NCBI GenBank assembly: GCA_964016885.1
Contig: OZ024741.1
Span: forward strand, 108,438,001 to 108,502,000
DNA from: Eledone cirrhosa
Lineage: Eukaryota
Direction: 5' to 3'
DNA length: 64,000 nucleotides
Part shown: positions 14,699 through 29,030 of the stretch, in pieces
How the letters are laid out: each line of letters begins with the position of its first letter
Position numbering within the stretch: the stretch's first letter is position 1
Program-made: the position numbers and the translations under genes
Notes under the pieces: generated by a model
What the model saw: only the letters and a program-made list of their open reading frames with translations
Database searches by the model: none
What the model was told of the DNA's origin: nothing

Positions 14699-15229
14699 GC
14701 AATTCCTAGTAATAAATATGACTCTACATTCCTATATATAGCCTGTGGAAATAATGATGAAATAATTTCCCACTTTTGGTTACAAATCTGATCGAAAGTA
14801 TTCAAGATTGAAAGCATTAACGGACGGAAATATACAATAATGAAAGTATTATATACCTTTCTGTATTTTGCAATAAACTTTCACTTTCAGAGGGTGGGGC
14901 ATTACTCTATAGTTATGGCACTAACTGTCTATATAATCTATTGTAGGGAATGATATCTTTAAACACATCTAAGGTTCCATATTTCATGTGAGCAGAGGTG
15001 GGTCAGTTATGCTTCCCCATTTGTGTGATATTTCGTGACGCAATAACCGGTGAAGCAAAAACGATGCCCAGATCGAAACTAAATCGCTTAGTTCAATTAT
15101 TGTTTTATTGAAATCACTAAATTCTTTAAATAACTTTCAAACAAGCATCAACGCCACCGCATCACATAATACCACAATGTTATACATCTTATCTCTTGTT
15201 CCTATTTATATGACTTTGTTATTGTTGTC

Positions 15230-15932
15230 GTTGTTAGTGTTGTTATTGTTGCAGATATTGCTGGCTGGTATTAGAGTTGTTGTTGGCGTTGTTAATGACG
15301 TTGTTACTATTGCTGATTTTACTGTTGTTGCTTGATTTGTAATTGGTGATGCTGCTATTAGTACTGTTGCTGCTGTTGTTGTTGTTGTTGTTAGTATTGT
15401 TATTCTGGACGTTGTTAGTGGTGTTAGCGTTATTACAAATAGTACTGTTGTTGTTGGATGTGGTGATGTTACTATTAGTGTTGTTGTTGTTACAGGCGTC
15501 GCTGTTAGTACTGTCGTTACTATTGTAGATATTGGTGTTGTTGTTAGATATGTTGCTGTTGATGTTGTTATGTTATTATTACTGTTGTTAATGTTATTGA
15601 TTGAGTTCTTATTGTTGTTGTCGTGACTAATTGTATTGTTGCTGTTGTTGTTACTGCTGTTGTAGCTAGTGTTATTAGTGTCACTGGCATTGGTTTTAGT
15701 GATGTTGTTATTAGTGCTGTTGTTACTAATATTGTTGTTAGCGTTGCTCTTCACCGCGAAGCTCCTGTTGTTGTTGTTGTTGTTGATGATGATGTTGTTT
15801 TTGTTACTGATTGTGTTGTTATTAGTGTTGCTGTTACTGTTGTTGCTGCTAGTGGTGTTATTCTTATTGCTTTTGTTGTTGTTTCTATTACTGATGTTGT
15901 CGTTGATGATGATTACTGCTGTTGTTGTTGTC
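15230..15932. repeat. (GTT)n-derived low-complexity region
   Basis: Degenerate GTT/GCT/ATT triplets. Confidence 0.85.
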
Positions 15933-15936
15933 ATTC

Positions 15937-16137
15937 GGCAGCATCGGTAGAGCGTCGGACAACATGCTTTGTGGCATAGAGTTACAGCCCTATACGTTCT
16001 ATGTTCAAATCCCGCTGAGGTTAGCTTTTTTACGGGATCGATAAAATAAAGTACCAGTAATTCATTAGTGTCGATTTAATCGACTTTCCTCAACCCTAAA
16101 ATGGTTGGCTATGTGCCTAAATCAGAAATCATTATTA
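15937..16137 (+). mobile_element. tRNA-derived SINE (probable MetaSINE-type central domain)
   Basis: A-box-like head GGCAGCATCGGTAGAGCGTCGG, B-box GTTCAAATCC, central GATCGATAAAATAAAGTACCAG and ATTATTA tail. Many homologous copies in the window. Confidence 0.85.
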
Positions 16138-16269
16138 CTGACGGTGTTGTTTATATTACTATTGTTGTAGTTACTGTTGACATGTATGTTATTGTTGCTG
16201 TTGTTAATACCACTGTCGTTATTGTAAAGTGAAGTTTTGGTTATTATTGCATATAGTTAGGGCTGTTTA

Positions 16270-17372
16270 CATTCTGAGGTCAAATCTCGCCGAGGTTGGC
16301 GTCGCCTTTCATCCTTACAGGGTCAATAAAATAAAGTACGATAACGCACTGGGGTCGATACATTCTGAGGTCAAATCCCGCCTTATGGGGTCAATAAAAT
16401 AAAGTACGATAACGAACTGGGGTCGATACATTCTGAGGTCAAATCCCACCTTTAAGGGTCAATAAAATAAAGTACGATAACGAACTGGGGTCGATACATT
16501 CTGAGGTCAAATCCCACCTTTAAGGGTCAATAAAATAAAGTACGATAACGAACTGGGGTCGATACATTCTGAGGTCAAATCCCACCTTTAAGGGTCAATA
16601 AAATAAAGTACGATAACGAACTGGGGTCGATACATTCTGAGGTCAAATCCCACCTTTAAGGGTCAATAAAATAAAGTACGATAACGAACTGGGGTCGATA
16701 CATTCTGAGGTCAAATCCCACCTTTAAGGGTCAATAAAATAAAGTACGATAACGAACTGGGGTCGATACATTCTGAGGACAAATCCCGCCTTATGGGGTC
16801 AATAAAATAAAGTACGATAACGAACTGGGGTCGATACATTCTGAGGTCAAATCCCACCTTACAGGGTCAATAAAATAAAGTACGATAACGAACTGGGGTC
16901 GATACATTCTGAGGACAAATCCCGCCTTATGGGGTCAATAAAATAAAGTACGATAACGAACTGGGGTCGATACATTCTGAGGTCAAATCCCACCTTACAG
17001 GGTCAATAAAATAAAGTACGATAACGAACTGGGGTCGATACATTCTGAGGACAAATCCCGCCTTATGGGGTCAATAAAATAAAGTACGATAACGAACTGG
17101 GGTCGATACATTCTGAGGTCAAATCCCGCCTTATGGGGTCAATAAAATAAAGTACAATAACGCACTGGGGTCGATACATTCTGAGGACAAATCCCGCCTT
17201 ATGGGGTCAATAAAATAAAGTACGATAACGAACTGGGGTCGATACATTCTGAGGTCAAATCCCGCCTTATAGGGTCAATAAAATATAATACTAGTAACGT
17301 ACTGGGGTCGATTTAATTGACTCACCCCTTCCCTTCAAATTGCTTGTGCCAAATGTAGTAAGAATTATTACT
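16270..17372 (+). repeat. 68-bp tandem satellite (14 units) expanded inside a SINE copy
   Basis: Units start at 16361+68k up to 17245. They are preceded by a 91-bp undeleted unit at 16270 and followed by the normal SINE 3' tail. Confidence 0.95.
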
Positions 17373-17470
17373 ATTGTTGTTACAATTGTTTTAGTTTGTT
17401 AATGTGGTAGGCTGACCACTCAGAGGTTGTCTACTTTTCCTCGTGTCATATTGATAGTTGTTATATACGT

Positions 17471-17725
17471 GTGTGTAGGTGGGTATGCATACATGCGTGT
17501 GTGTACGTTTGTATAGGTGTGTGTGCCTATATGCGTGTGTGTAGGTGCGTATGCATATATGCGTGTGTGTACGTGTGTATATGTGTGTGTGCCTATATGC
17601 GTGTGTGTAGATGCGTATGCATATATGCGTGTGTGTACGTGTGTATAGGTGTGTGTGCCTATATGCGTGTGTGTAGGTGAGTATGCCTATATGCGTGTGT
17701 GTACGTGTGTTTGCATATATGCGTG
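17471..17725. repeat. 66-bp (GT/AT)-derived tandem repeat, about 3.5 copies
   Basis: GTGTGTAG(G/A)TG recurs at 17471, 17537, 17603 and 17669. Confidence 0.85.
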
Positions 17726-18007
17726 TATTGCGTGAGTATTTATGTATATGACTGTGTTGTTTTTTCTTTTCGTCTATTGTGGGAAATTTTGCTTTGAATG
17801 CTGTTTTGTGAATGTTGTTGTTGCCGTAACTGTCGTTGTCATTCCTATTGTTATTGAAATCATATTTCGCTATTCACTGTGTGACTGTTAGTGTTTCATC
17901 GTTGTTATTGTTGTTGTTTGTTTGCTTAGTCATGCTGACCCATGATCAAAATCCATTCCAGCTGTGACAATCACGTCTTTTATTTTATTTAATATTTATT
18001 TATTTAT

Positions 18008-18152
<145 letters not shown>

Positions 18153-18569
18153 TGTTATTACTATTATTTATGGCAGTTAGAGTACAATATGTCATGCTGA
18201 AATCGGTAGAGTGCGATTTAACTACTATTTATAGTAGGTCAAACCTTCTCCCCTTTGGTTATATCTATCGACTCTATTGATGTTGCTGTTGTAGTAGTTG
18301 CTGTATTGTTGTTATAGTGGTAGAGTTGTTATACGTGTCGTTATCTTGTTGTTGTCGTTGTCGTTATCTTGTTGTTTTTATGACTGTTGTATTTTCTCCG
18401 CACATTACTTATTAAGAGATATTTCGCCGCTATTTCCAGTAGGACATCCGTCCACCTCAAAGCTGGGGGAATCCTCTTATAACCATGGCCCATATTTACA
18501 ACCTAATACTCTTATACATATTTTTCATTTTATATAAAATATAAATTACATTAATTACATTTTAACCTG

Positions 18570-19075
18570 TATTTGGCTGAGTATTCCATAGAAACGTGTC
18601 TTTAACATGATTCTCATGTAGAATGAAATGAAACACAGTGGGTGTGTAGATATCTGAATTAATTGTGGAGTCCTTCTCGTATAGATTGGTTGAGTATTCC
18701 GTTGACAATGTTAACGTAATTATCCGCTAAATTCAACCTAAAACTATGATTGTAACGATTGGGTATTTGAATTACAGGTACAGCCCATCTTTCAGTATAG
18801 TGTAAGTGGCTGAGCGTACCACAAAAATACATGTCCTCTTAGTGTAATCCTCAGGGAGATTCAGTTAGGCACAATATGTGACAAGGCTTGACCTTTAAAA
18901 TACAGGTACATTCCACCTTGCAGTATAGTATAACTGGCTGAGTATTCCACAAAATACATGTATCCTTAACATAATTCTCAGGTTTCATCAAGGCAATACA
19001 CTATGTGACGAGATTTGACCTTTGAATTACAGGTACAGCCCATGTGATAGGTTTCCACACTGTTACCAACTGAGC
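18570..19075 (-). repeat. Degenerate ~120-130-bp tandem derived from a SINE body (same family as 43079-43405)
   Basis: About four copies of TGGCTGAGTATTCC, most followed by TTTGAATTACAGGTACA-like sequence. Confidence 0.65.
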
Positions 19076-19252
19076 AATTTCTCCAGCAAAACAAAAATGA
19101 TGTTGGAGATATGTTTTATTGTAGTGATAATGAAACACGCATTTTTTGATAATGAACAATATAGGAATTTCATCAATGTATTTTAAAATAGTAGACATAC
19201 TATTGGTTTTATAGAGAGATTTGTCGCTGTTGTTGCTATTATTGTTGTATCT

Positions 19253-19678
19253 AATACTTCTTTCTACATTTGGCACATGATCAGTCATTTGAATGGGGGG
19301 GCTAAGTCAATTAAATCGACTCCAGTACATTATTGGTACTTTACTTTATCCTCCCCGTAAGGATAATAAGCAAAGCTAAAGCTAATCCCGGCGGGATTTG
19401 AACTCAGAATGTAAAGGGACGTAACTATATGCCACAAAGCATGTTGTCCGACGCTCTACCGATACTGCCAGTCTACTGCTCTTAATTAATAATTGTTTCA
19501 CTTATGGCACAAGGCCATCAATTATACAAGTACATTACTGGTACTTTATTTTATCGACCCCGTAAGGATGAAAGACAAAGTTAACCTCGGCGGGATTTGA
19601 ACACAGAACGTAAAAGCCGTAACTCTCTACTGCAAAGCATGGCGTCCGACCCTCTACCGATACTGCCAATCCACTACC
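19253..19678 (-). mobile_element. Two adjacent tRNA-derived SINE copies
   Basis: Reverse complements of the 15937/26905 family. The second copy is flanked by the direct repeat CTTAATTAATAAT (19481-19493 and 19679-19691). Confidence 0.85.
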
Positions 19679-20047
19679 CTTAATTAATAATACACCGTTG
19701 TTGTTGTAACGGAAACGCACTTTTATTGTTGCTGTTCTTATTGTTGTTGACGAGGTAACTGACACACTTTTGTTGTTGCTGCTGTTGTAGTGTTTTTCAT
19801 GTTATTGTCATGTATTATATGTTCGTGATGGTTTGTATATGTGTATGTGTGTGTGTCCTTCTAAGTGTAACTTTGAGTGGGAGTTTATGTGTGGGTGTTT
19901 GTGGGGGAGTAATGTGTGTATGCCTCTGTGTTTATATGAATGTGTTCGTGTGTTGTACGATATGTGTATGTGTGCGCGCGCACAAATGTACTTTATCGGT
20001 GTATAGGAAAATCCCATCTATTGATTAACGGTACCTGTACTTCTGCG

Positions 20048-20100
<53 letters not shown>

Positions 20101-20469
20101 AAACATATGGGAGCTTCACTATCAAAGACAAATATGTTATATACACATATAATATATGCTTTCATATGCACTCTTATTACACTTAACGCTATCTTAGTGC
20201 TACGGCCAATTAATACATATGTGTAATGTGTGTATGGATGTGTTTATGTATGTGTATATGTATGTATAATATATTCGTTCGTGTATGAGTGTTATTCTTT
20301 CAATCGTTTAGTGTTTAATCGTGGGAGGAATAGCAGCGCCTATAACCCTATTCAGTGTTGCTGAGACCCTTGGGAGGGCTAAATATATCTTTCAGGCGAC
20401 TAGAAAGGTTGGCAACTCAGGGCCCACCACAAAGAATGCCCAAGGGCTAAATAGTGGGGGGTGAATCGG

Positions 20470-20735
20470 CTGACAGGTGAAGTAAGCAACGGTGTGATTT
20501 GAACTCAGAACTATAAAAAAAAAAAAAAGAATGAAGAAACATTCAGCATGCTTCTCGTTTAAATCTCTAACGTTCTACCAATTTGACCAATCCGCCATAC
20601 TGGACAGGTATTTTTTTCTATCCGTCACAGAAGGATGAAAAGCAAGGCTAACGTCCGCCGCAGGACTTGAACCCGCTGAGTGCTGAGAAATTACCGTAGG
20701 GCATTTGTCGTACGCTTTAACGACACGGCCTATTG
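20470..20735 (-). mobile_element. Degraded SINE fragments
   Basis: GATTTGAACTCAGAAC and GAAGGATGAAA motifs of the same SINE family. Confidence 0.6.
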
Positions 20736-21266
20736 AAGGCCATTTACGGAGCGTATTAGTGTGTTTATTTGTGTGTGTGTGTTTATTTTGTGTGTGTTTA
20801 TTTTGTGTGTGTATGTGTATGTATCGTATATCGATTCTCAGTTTTGTGCGTATATGCGTAGGTGTATAGAATAGCGTTGACTCTTTCTTTAGGCGTACGC
20901 ATTTGCTTGTCATAGTGTACTTCTGTATGCATGTAATGTTGCTATGTTATTAGCACGTGGGTGAGTATGTGTATGTATATGTATGTTGGTTTTGACTGTA
21001 TGTATGTGTTGTTATATCTAAATATTGATTAATGTTTATGTACCTATTGTTATGCTATGAACGTATAAGTGCGTATCTGTTTTTTGTGTGTAATTGTTGT
21101 ATGCTGTGTGTGTTTGTGTATGTGTGTGTCAGTGTGTATGATGTGTATCTAAATATTGATTAATGTTTATGTACCTAAGCATGAATTGTTTTTACATTTG
21201 AATGTATGTCTGTGTATTTGTACGAATATATATGGATATATCGATATGCACATAGATAAATGTATA

Positions 21267-21432
21267 GTCGGTGGCAAGGCTGTGTGGTTAGGGAGACCTC
21301 TTTGCAACCACATGGTTCTGAGTTCAGTTCAATAACGCGGCGACTGGGGCAAGTGTCATCTAATATACCCCCGGGTGAACACGTGTCTTTTGGGTAGAAT
21401 TTGATTGACGAAAATTGCAGAAGCACGCCGTG
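21267..21432 (+). mobile_element. CORE-type tRNA-derived SINE
   Basis: Head GGCTGTGTGGTTAG...GAGTTCAGT and GGGCAAGTGTCATCT core. Homologous to 32338-32515. Confidence 0.7.
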
Positions 21433-21442
21433 TCTGTGTGTA

Positions 21443-21501
<59 letters not shown>

Positions 21502-21562
21502 ATACATATATATATATGTGTGTGTGTGTTTACATATATATATATGTGTGTGTATATGTTTA

Positions 21563-21593
<31 letters not shown>

Positions 21594-22114
21594 GTGTGTG
21601 TGGATGTGTATGTGTGCTTGTGTTCGTGTTCGTGTCAATGTTTACATGTGTGTCTGTGTTTACATATGTGTAACGTAGCCTAGTGTTTCGATGAAAAAAG
21701 AAATCGATAAAATAAGTGCTGGTGGGCGATAAGATCCTCTAAATCAAGGCCGCGTCCCAGCACGGCTGCAGTCTTATGACTGAAACCAGTAAAGTATAAA
21801 TAAAAAACGAGCAAATATAATAAAAAAGTGGAACAAACACAAGCGAATGAAAAAAACAAACAAATAAGCATATGTATATGGGTACGTATATGTATGTGTG
21901 AGTGAGTGTGCAAGATCCTATACACCAACTAAACATCAATTTGTAAACAAATAGCCACCCATCCACACTCGTTAATTCATACACGCTTGTTTTTTTCACT
22001 CTCTCACTTATTAAACAAGATAACGGCTTTAGAATTCAGTATGCATACATACACACGTACATACACACACACATACATATATAAATACATACATACTTAC
22101 ATATATACATACCT

Positions 22115-23026
22115 ATATTGGGACAAAAAAAATACTCTCCCATATATTTTTGTCTACATTATTCATATTTGACAAAAACTGATGAAACTCAGAATATATT
22201 TAGGTCAAACCATTATCAAATTACATATCTGGTCAGTAGCTCCGATTTCAAGTCTTGCAGGACCTCCATGGACCTTTCCTTTGTGACTATAGCAGAGATC
22301 CATTGGCTAATTAAACCTCTCTCAGAAATGGTAGCCCATACAGTACATTTAGCCGAGCGCATACGTTTCACAGCCATTTCACTGGGCTTTTATAACCTTA
22401 AGAGCACATTCTTAGAGTTGATCTTCCTCTTTAAGTGAAAGTGGGCTTTGTCAGAGGTCCTTAGCAGATTCAGAAAATTTGGATTGTTTTCTATCTTCTC
22501 CAACATTTTCTCAGTCATAACCTTTCTTGTGGTCTTATCAGCTACAGTAAGCTGTTATTTGGTCTGTATTATGTAGGGGTACTACTTAAGATTATATTTG
22601 ACAACCATTCAGCAAGTTTCTGTGGAGAAACCCAAGGATTGGCTTCTCCCTTGTTAACGATCATTTTAAGCTTTGTTCAACAAACTTTTCCCGCCATGTC
22701 AATAGCCTCCTGAATGGGTAGGGAGGTCTTCTGATACTGTATTGAGGTTATTCACTGCCCCGTAGGTTTCACACTTCTCCACCCAGTTTTTTATATTGGA
22801 TTTGAAGGGGGGGTTTATGTTCCAAATATTGCATGAAATTATTTCTGGATCTGATTGTTCGGGACACACTTAGAGTAGTGGTTCAGACTGTTCCAGAACT
22901 TCCATTAGGGTTTGTTGTTTTCTCAGACATTTTATCTGCCATGTCTTAAAATTAAGTTCATCGGTTAGAAAATGAATAAACAGTAAAATATAACGTACGC
23001 GGATTCATTTTTTACAGTCACCCTGT
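22115..23026 (-). mobile_element. Decayed, internally deleted Tc1/mariner-superfamily transposon (DUF4817-HTH type transposase)
   Basis: Minus-strand peptides PPFKSNIKNWVEKCETYGAV, TSDKAHFHLKRKINSKN (cf. SDEAHFHL) and KCTVWATISERGLI. CAGGGTG-type terminus at about 23025. Stops and frameshifts present. Confidence 0.75.
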
Positions 23027-23199
23027 GCAGACATAAATGAATGTTTTATGCAACAGATAAAAAACACATAAACTTAGTCGATTAATTCAACGTAGTCTCT
23101 TGATCCTTCGATTAAGAACAGTGATAGAGACTATAATAATATCAATGACAATAACGATGGAGAAGAAGGCAGCAGAAACGATGAATCAATCAAATAAAT

Positions 23200-23575
23200 A
23201 AAATAGGCAAGATCACTGGGTACCTAAAATGAAGATGCAGATCACAAAAGGACACACCAAAATCTGGCATAAAATCCAAGAAGAAGCAAAAATATGTTAA
23301 GAGCTTCAAGAAAATAATAAATAAATGGGAAATCACCAGCTGACAATAAATGTAGACTGTGCCAAACATTGTCAGAAGACATTAGTCACATTCTTGCTAA
23401 CTGCTGAAGAATGTATTCTACATTACAACCTTCCCATGAGAGACACGATATGGTAGACAGAATGATCTGGAATGCACTAAGGAAGAACAAGGCTTATGGC
23501 TAAAAATAGAAACCGCCAGGAAAATTAAACATAACCGGCCTGATATCACCGTTTGGGATCACATATTAGATTCTA
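23200..23575 (+). mobile_element. Fragment of R4/Dong-clade non-LTR retrotransposon (zinc knuckle + restriction-like endonuclease)
   Basis: DNKCRLCQTLSEDISHILANC, RHDMV and KHNRPDITVWD motifs, disrupted by stops and frameshifts. Confidence 0.75.
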
Positions 23576-24017
23576 AATTAGGCACAGAAGAGCACATATG
23601 GGGAAGGGCAAAGCCGATTAAACACTGATACCGGTACTTAAATGGTACTGTATTTCATCGACCCACGAATGGTGAAAGGCAATGTATATATTAGCGGGAA
23701 ATTAATGCAAAGCGTAGAAAGCCTAAACTATATACCGCAAAACATTTTATCTGACACTCTAGCTACAAACCCACCAGAATCAATGTATGACTGAACGTGG
23801 ATTTGTAGGGTATGAAATCAACTCCGTAATGCATAATCTACAAATGTCCACGTTATCAAGAACTTTAAGAATCTGTAAGATCTTCTCAAGATTTAAAGAA
23901 TGGACGATTCCAGAATAGACGACAAAAAACATAGATTCGTATAATAGTACACACAGACACACACACACACACATGTTGCGCTTTTTATTCCGTGCATGAA
24001 TACATATAAATAAATAT

Positions 24018-24126
<109 letters not shown>

Positions 24127-24215
24127 AATCACTCAAATACACATAGTCTCAAAAACCAATTCAAATACCCAGTAACTTATAGATGCGCAGTAGATTTAAA
24201 TCTACGCATAAACTA

Positions 24216-24285
<70 letters not shown>

Positions 24286-24540
24286 CCCCCTCTCTCTGTA
24301 TACATATATATATATTACACACACTTATATGTCTGTTTGTCGGTATCTATCTATATGTATATATGTAGTGTATGTATGTGTATTGCTCTCACCGATCTAT
24401 ACCAACGAAGGATGTAAACAACGACGAAAAAAAAATCGATGTTATTCAAACGTTGTTCGTGGCTTTACGGAGAATCTTCCTGTTAGATTTGCTGTGACAT
24501 GTGATTGGACATTATTTTTAATTTCTTTCAATTTGTCATA

Positions 24541-24568
24541 TAATATATATATATATATATATTATATA

Positions 24569-24616
<48 letters not shown>

Positions 24617-24691
24617 TATATATTATATATATTATATATTATATATTATATATTATATATATTATATATTATATATTATATATATATATAT

Positions 24692-24786
<95 letters not shown>

Positions 24787-24850
24787 ATTATATATATATA
24801 TTATATATATATATTATATATATATATTATATATATATATATTATATATA

Positions 24851-24930
<80 letters not shown>
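24541..24930. repeat. (TA)n/(GA)n microsatellite
   Basis: Read directly from sequence. Confidence 0.95.
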
Positions 24931-24931
<1 letters not shown>

Positions 24932-26335
24932 TGTTTATATAGAACAAGTATTTTAGAGGACTAGAACTGTTTGGTTCGTATGAAATCATAGGTATAAAAC
25001 AGTTCTAGTCTTGTAGAAGCATTTTCTATATAAACATTTGTCGTCGCTCAACTTATGTATTGCGTACTTTATTTACTGTGGTTATTCCCGATTCTACTCG
25101 GAATAAACACACACATACAGGAATACACACAGACGCATATGCAAATTTATATATTAGTTCTTCCACTCCGAAATATATTGGGAGATGACTTAAATATTTT
25201 ACCGTTTAGTCAGATTAAGAGAAATTCAGTGCCCAAGATCCATTTCAGGGCCCCCAGGACTGGTGTTAGGGAGTGGATAGTGCGTAGGTAAGCTAGGAAT
25301 AAACCTGTCTTCAAGCCGGAGACTTACTACACGCACTTTTATCACATTAGATTCCGCTATAAGCACTCAAGGGCCTGGTGGTGTCCGAAAACCAAACGAC
25401 GAACTAGTTTTGCCACCCAGGTACGCTTGAGAAAGAAAAAAGAAGAACGAAATATCGCAAAGAAAACCGAAAGTATGAAAAGCGAAGTTGAACTCGGTGT
25501 TAATTGAAGTTTGAACTCAGAGAATCGGAAGAAATACCGCAGGGCACTTTGTCTAACGCTCTATCGGCCCTATTAATTCACCGCCATCATACATATAGTG
25601 TATGTATATATGTATGGTGGGTGGGAGGGAGAGATGGATGAATATATGTAATCTCCGTTCTTCTTTCTTTCCTTTTACTGTGAATGTGCTAATAATTCTC
25701 TTGTTACCATTGTTTTCGTTTTACCGTCATTGTCTCATTTTATCATATATGTGTGTGGTGTGAGTGTGTGCCGGCATATATGTGTGTACTATCTCTCTCT
25801 CTCTTTCTCTCTCTCGCTCTCTCTCTCTCACACACACACACGCACACATATATATATATATATAATGCTTTGCCTTCCTGGTAAATCCTCCTTCACAACA
25901 CCTTATTCGCTATTACATAAGGGATGTTCCAGAAAACCATCATTAAACTGTCTTTTAAATTGAAACATATGTATGTATATGTGTGTGTGTGTGTGTGCAT
26001 GTATATTATTGACAGATAGATAGCGAGATATTATCTAATAACCTATTGAGTATATATTTGTAAATAAGCATGCATCTCCCCCTCCTCCCCTCTCCCTCTC
26101 TCTATGTATATATACATTATTACACACGCACCTCAACATGCATATAAGTGTGTATATGTATATGTGTGTGTTTGTGTGTAAGTCACATAAGCAGTCTATA
26201 CGTGCCTTCTTTTTCATTTATATTTTATTCTCTCTATCATCCACTCTTCTCTCTATCATCTACTCCTCTTCCTTCTTATCCTTTCTCCAACTTTATTTTG
26301 CTACTTGTCGACATCTACCTCTTTATTTCTCTGTG

Positions 26336-26382
<47 letters not shown>

Positions 26383-26449
26383 ATATATATATATCGACCT
26401 ATCTATCTATCCATCTATCTATCTATGTATCTATCTATCTATTTATCTA

Positions 26450-26488
<39 letters not shown>

Positions 26489-26490
26489 AT

Positions 26491-26590
<100 letters not shown>

Positions 26591-26904
26591 ATGCACGCAT
26601 CTACAAGGGATACAGTAAGTTACAGTAAGCTTACTGTAATTGATATGAGAGACACAGAATTAAGCAGAGGATATAAAAACATATGGAGCTTGTTTAGGGC
26701 TAACTAATTTTGAGAATAATAACATATTGACAACATTATTACGATGCGGCTTCTCTTTCCCCTAATGCCTACCTATAATTAAAAGAATAGCCACAACAAC
26801 AATAACAACAAAAAAACATAACATTAACAATAATGTCATCTCTAACAACAGCAACAGATATATCAGTGACATTAATAACAACAACATTATTAAGAACTAC
26901 ATTG

Positions 26905-27087
26905 GATTGGCAGTATCGGTAGAGGGTCGGACGCCATGCTTTCCAGCATAGTTACGTCCCTTTACGATCTGAGTTCAAATCCCGCCGAGGTTAACTTTGC
27001 CTTTCATCCTTACGGGGTCGATAAAATAAAGTACCAGTAATGAACTGGTGATTGCTGGCCTTGTGCCTAAAGTAGAAACAATTATTA
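26905..27087 (+). mobile_element. tRNA-derived SINE with target-site duplication
   Basis: Intact head, B-box and GCCTTTCATCCTTACGGGGTCGATAAAATAAAGTACCAG. Flanking direct repeat ATTATTAAGAACTACATTG (26886-26904 and 27081-27099). Confidence 0.9.
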
Positions 27088-27558
27088 AGAACTACATTGA
27101 CAACAAGAATAGTAACAACAATAATAGTTTCGCCAACAGAAACACACATCACAATAACAACAATAACAGCAATAACAATAGCAGCACTAACACCATCGAT
27201 AACAACAACCACACCAATAACAGCAGCAGCAAAAACAGCATCTACAACAGCAGCAATAACAACAATAACAGCAACAGCGTCAACATAATTAGTAATAACA
27301 ACAACAGTCACGAACGTAATACTAACAACAGTAAACACAACAACAATAGTTACAAACATAACAGCAACAACAATAACAAGAGCACCACCAATAACAACAA
27401 TAACAACGACATCAAAAAACAGCAACGAACATAATAGTCACACCAACAACACTACCATTGACAGCAACAACAATAGCACCACGAATAACGAAAACAACAA
27501 GCATAATGGTAACAACAAAGGCAACATAACCAACACAAACATCATTAACAACTATAAT

Positions 27559-27726
27559 TAGTGCCGGATTTACCTTTGTCCTTAGGTGTGCTTAAGCATA
27601 GGACCCGATGGCCAGGCGAGGAAAATGGAGCATCTTCCTGCCCAAAAAATGTTTTACCTCCTTCAGGGTCCAAGTAAGGGGTGGTATAACTAGCAAAGGG
27701 CCTCATTTGTCCTAAATCCAGCACTG
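27559..27726. mobile_element. hAT-type MITE (168 bp)
   Basis: Imperfect 14-bp TIRs TAGTGCCGGATTTA / TAAATCCAGCACTG and a near-perfect 8-bp TSD ACTATAAT / ACAATAAT. Confidence 0.75.
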
Positions 27727-28082
27727 ACAATAATTAAGAAACTTTTATCTGGGCGCTTAATCTGCTGGAAAGAACAGCTAAGTCGCCCACTGCTTGCTAT
27801 CACAAAGGCCAACAATGGACAAAAAACTATAGAAAAATAATTAAGATGGGTTGGTCATGGATGGAATAATTTGATAGTATATTTATTTGTTTACAATTGA
27901 CTTTAGCCTGGTAGACCAATAGAAATAACAGTGCTTAACAGTTAGAACATTCTAGAAAAATAAACACATGTACGCATTTCTATGTACACATATGCAGACA
28001 GATACGTATGCATATACATAGTTATACACACACACACATACACATACATACATAAAGACACGCACCCACCCACAGATATATG

Positions 28083-28175
<93 letters not shown>

Positions 28176-28268
28176 ATGTGTGTGTGTGTCTGCGACAAAT
28201 CAACACGGGAAAGAGCGATATAATAGAATGAAAGTATAGTAGTTTAACCCATGAATGTGTGTGCGTGT

Positions 28269-28338
<70 letters not shown>

Positions 28339-28709
28339 ATATGCATATGTGTAAAACAGGTATTGTTGTTACTATTGTTATTGATGGTAATATTGATGGT
28401 GTTGCTGTAATTGCTATTGTTATTATGGTTGTTAGGATTGTTTTTATTGTTGTGGCATTTGCTGTTTTCTCACACATATCTGTATATCTATATGCTCCTT
28501 TGTATTTGTCCTGCATACATTTGCATGTGTGTGTATATCAATGTGGTTGTGTATGCGTGTGTCCATGTGTATTCTTCACTCTCCTCCTCTCTCTCTATAT
28601 ATATATATGTGTGTGTGTTTACGTGAGTGTGTATGCGTACACATATATACTTATGTAAAAGTGCTGTATGTCCTTTTCTATGTATATATACAGTATATAT
28701 ATATATATG

Positions 28710-29030
28710 TTGTCGGGTTCGATAAAATAAAATACCAATAACGTACTATGTTCGATCTAATAGACTTTCCCCTCCCCCAAAAATTGTTGGCCTTGTGCCT
28801 AAACCAGAAACCATTATTATCTAACCACGGGTCGGTGGATTGGCAGTATCGGTAGAGAGTCGGACACCATGCTTTGAAGTATAGAGTTACGTCTCTTTAT
28901 GTTCTGAGTTCAAATCCCGCCGAGGTTAACTTTGCCTTTCATCCTTACGGGGTCGATAAAATAAAGTACCAGTAATGTACTGGTTAATTGCTGGCCTTGT
29001 GGCTGAAATAGAAACAATTATTATCTAACC
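28710..29030 (+). mobile_element. SINE 3' fragment followed by a full SINE copy
   Basis: Same family as 26905. Direct repeat ATTATTATCTAACC at 28813-28826 and 29017-29030. Confidence 0.85.

Noticed and set aside
15937-16020. tRNA genes at A/B-box-like motifs (here and in other copies)
   Set aside because: They are SINE heads attached to shared bodies and tails; no convincing cloverleaf.
16361-17312. CRISPR-like array
   Set aside because: Units are near-identical end to end with no unique spacers, derive from a SINE, and the context is eukaryotic with no cas genes.
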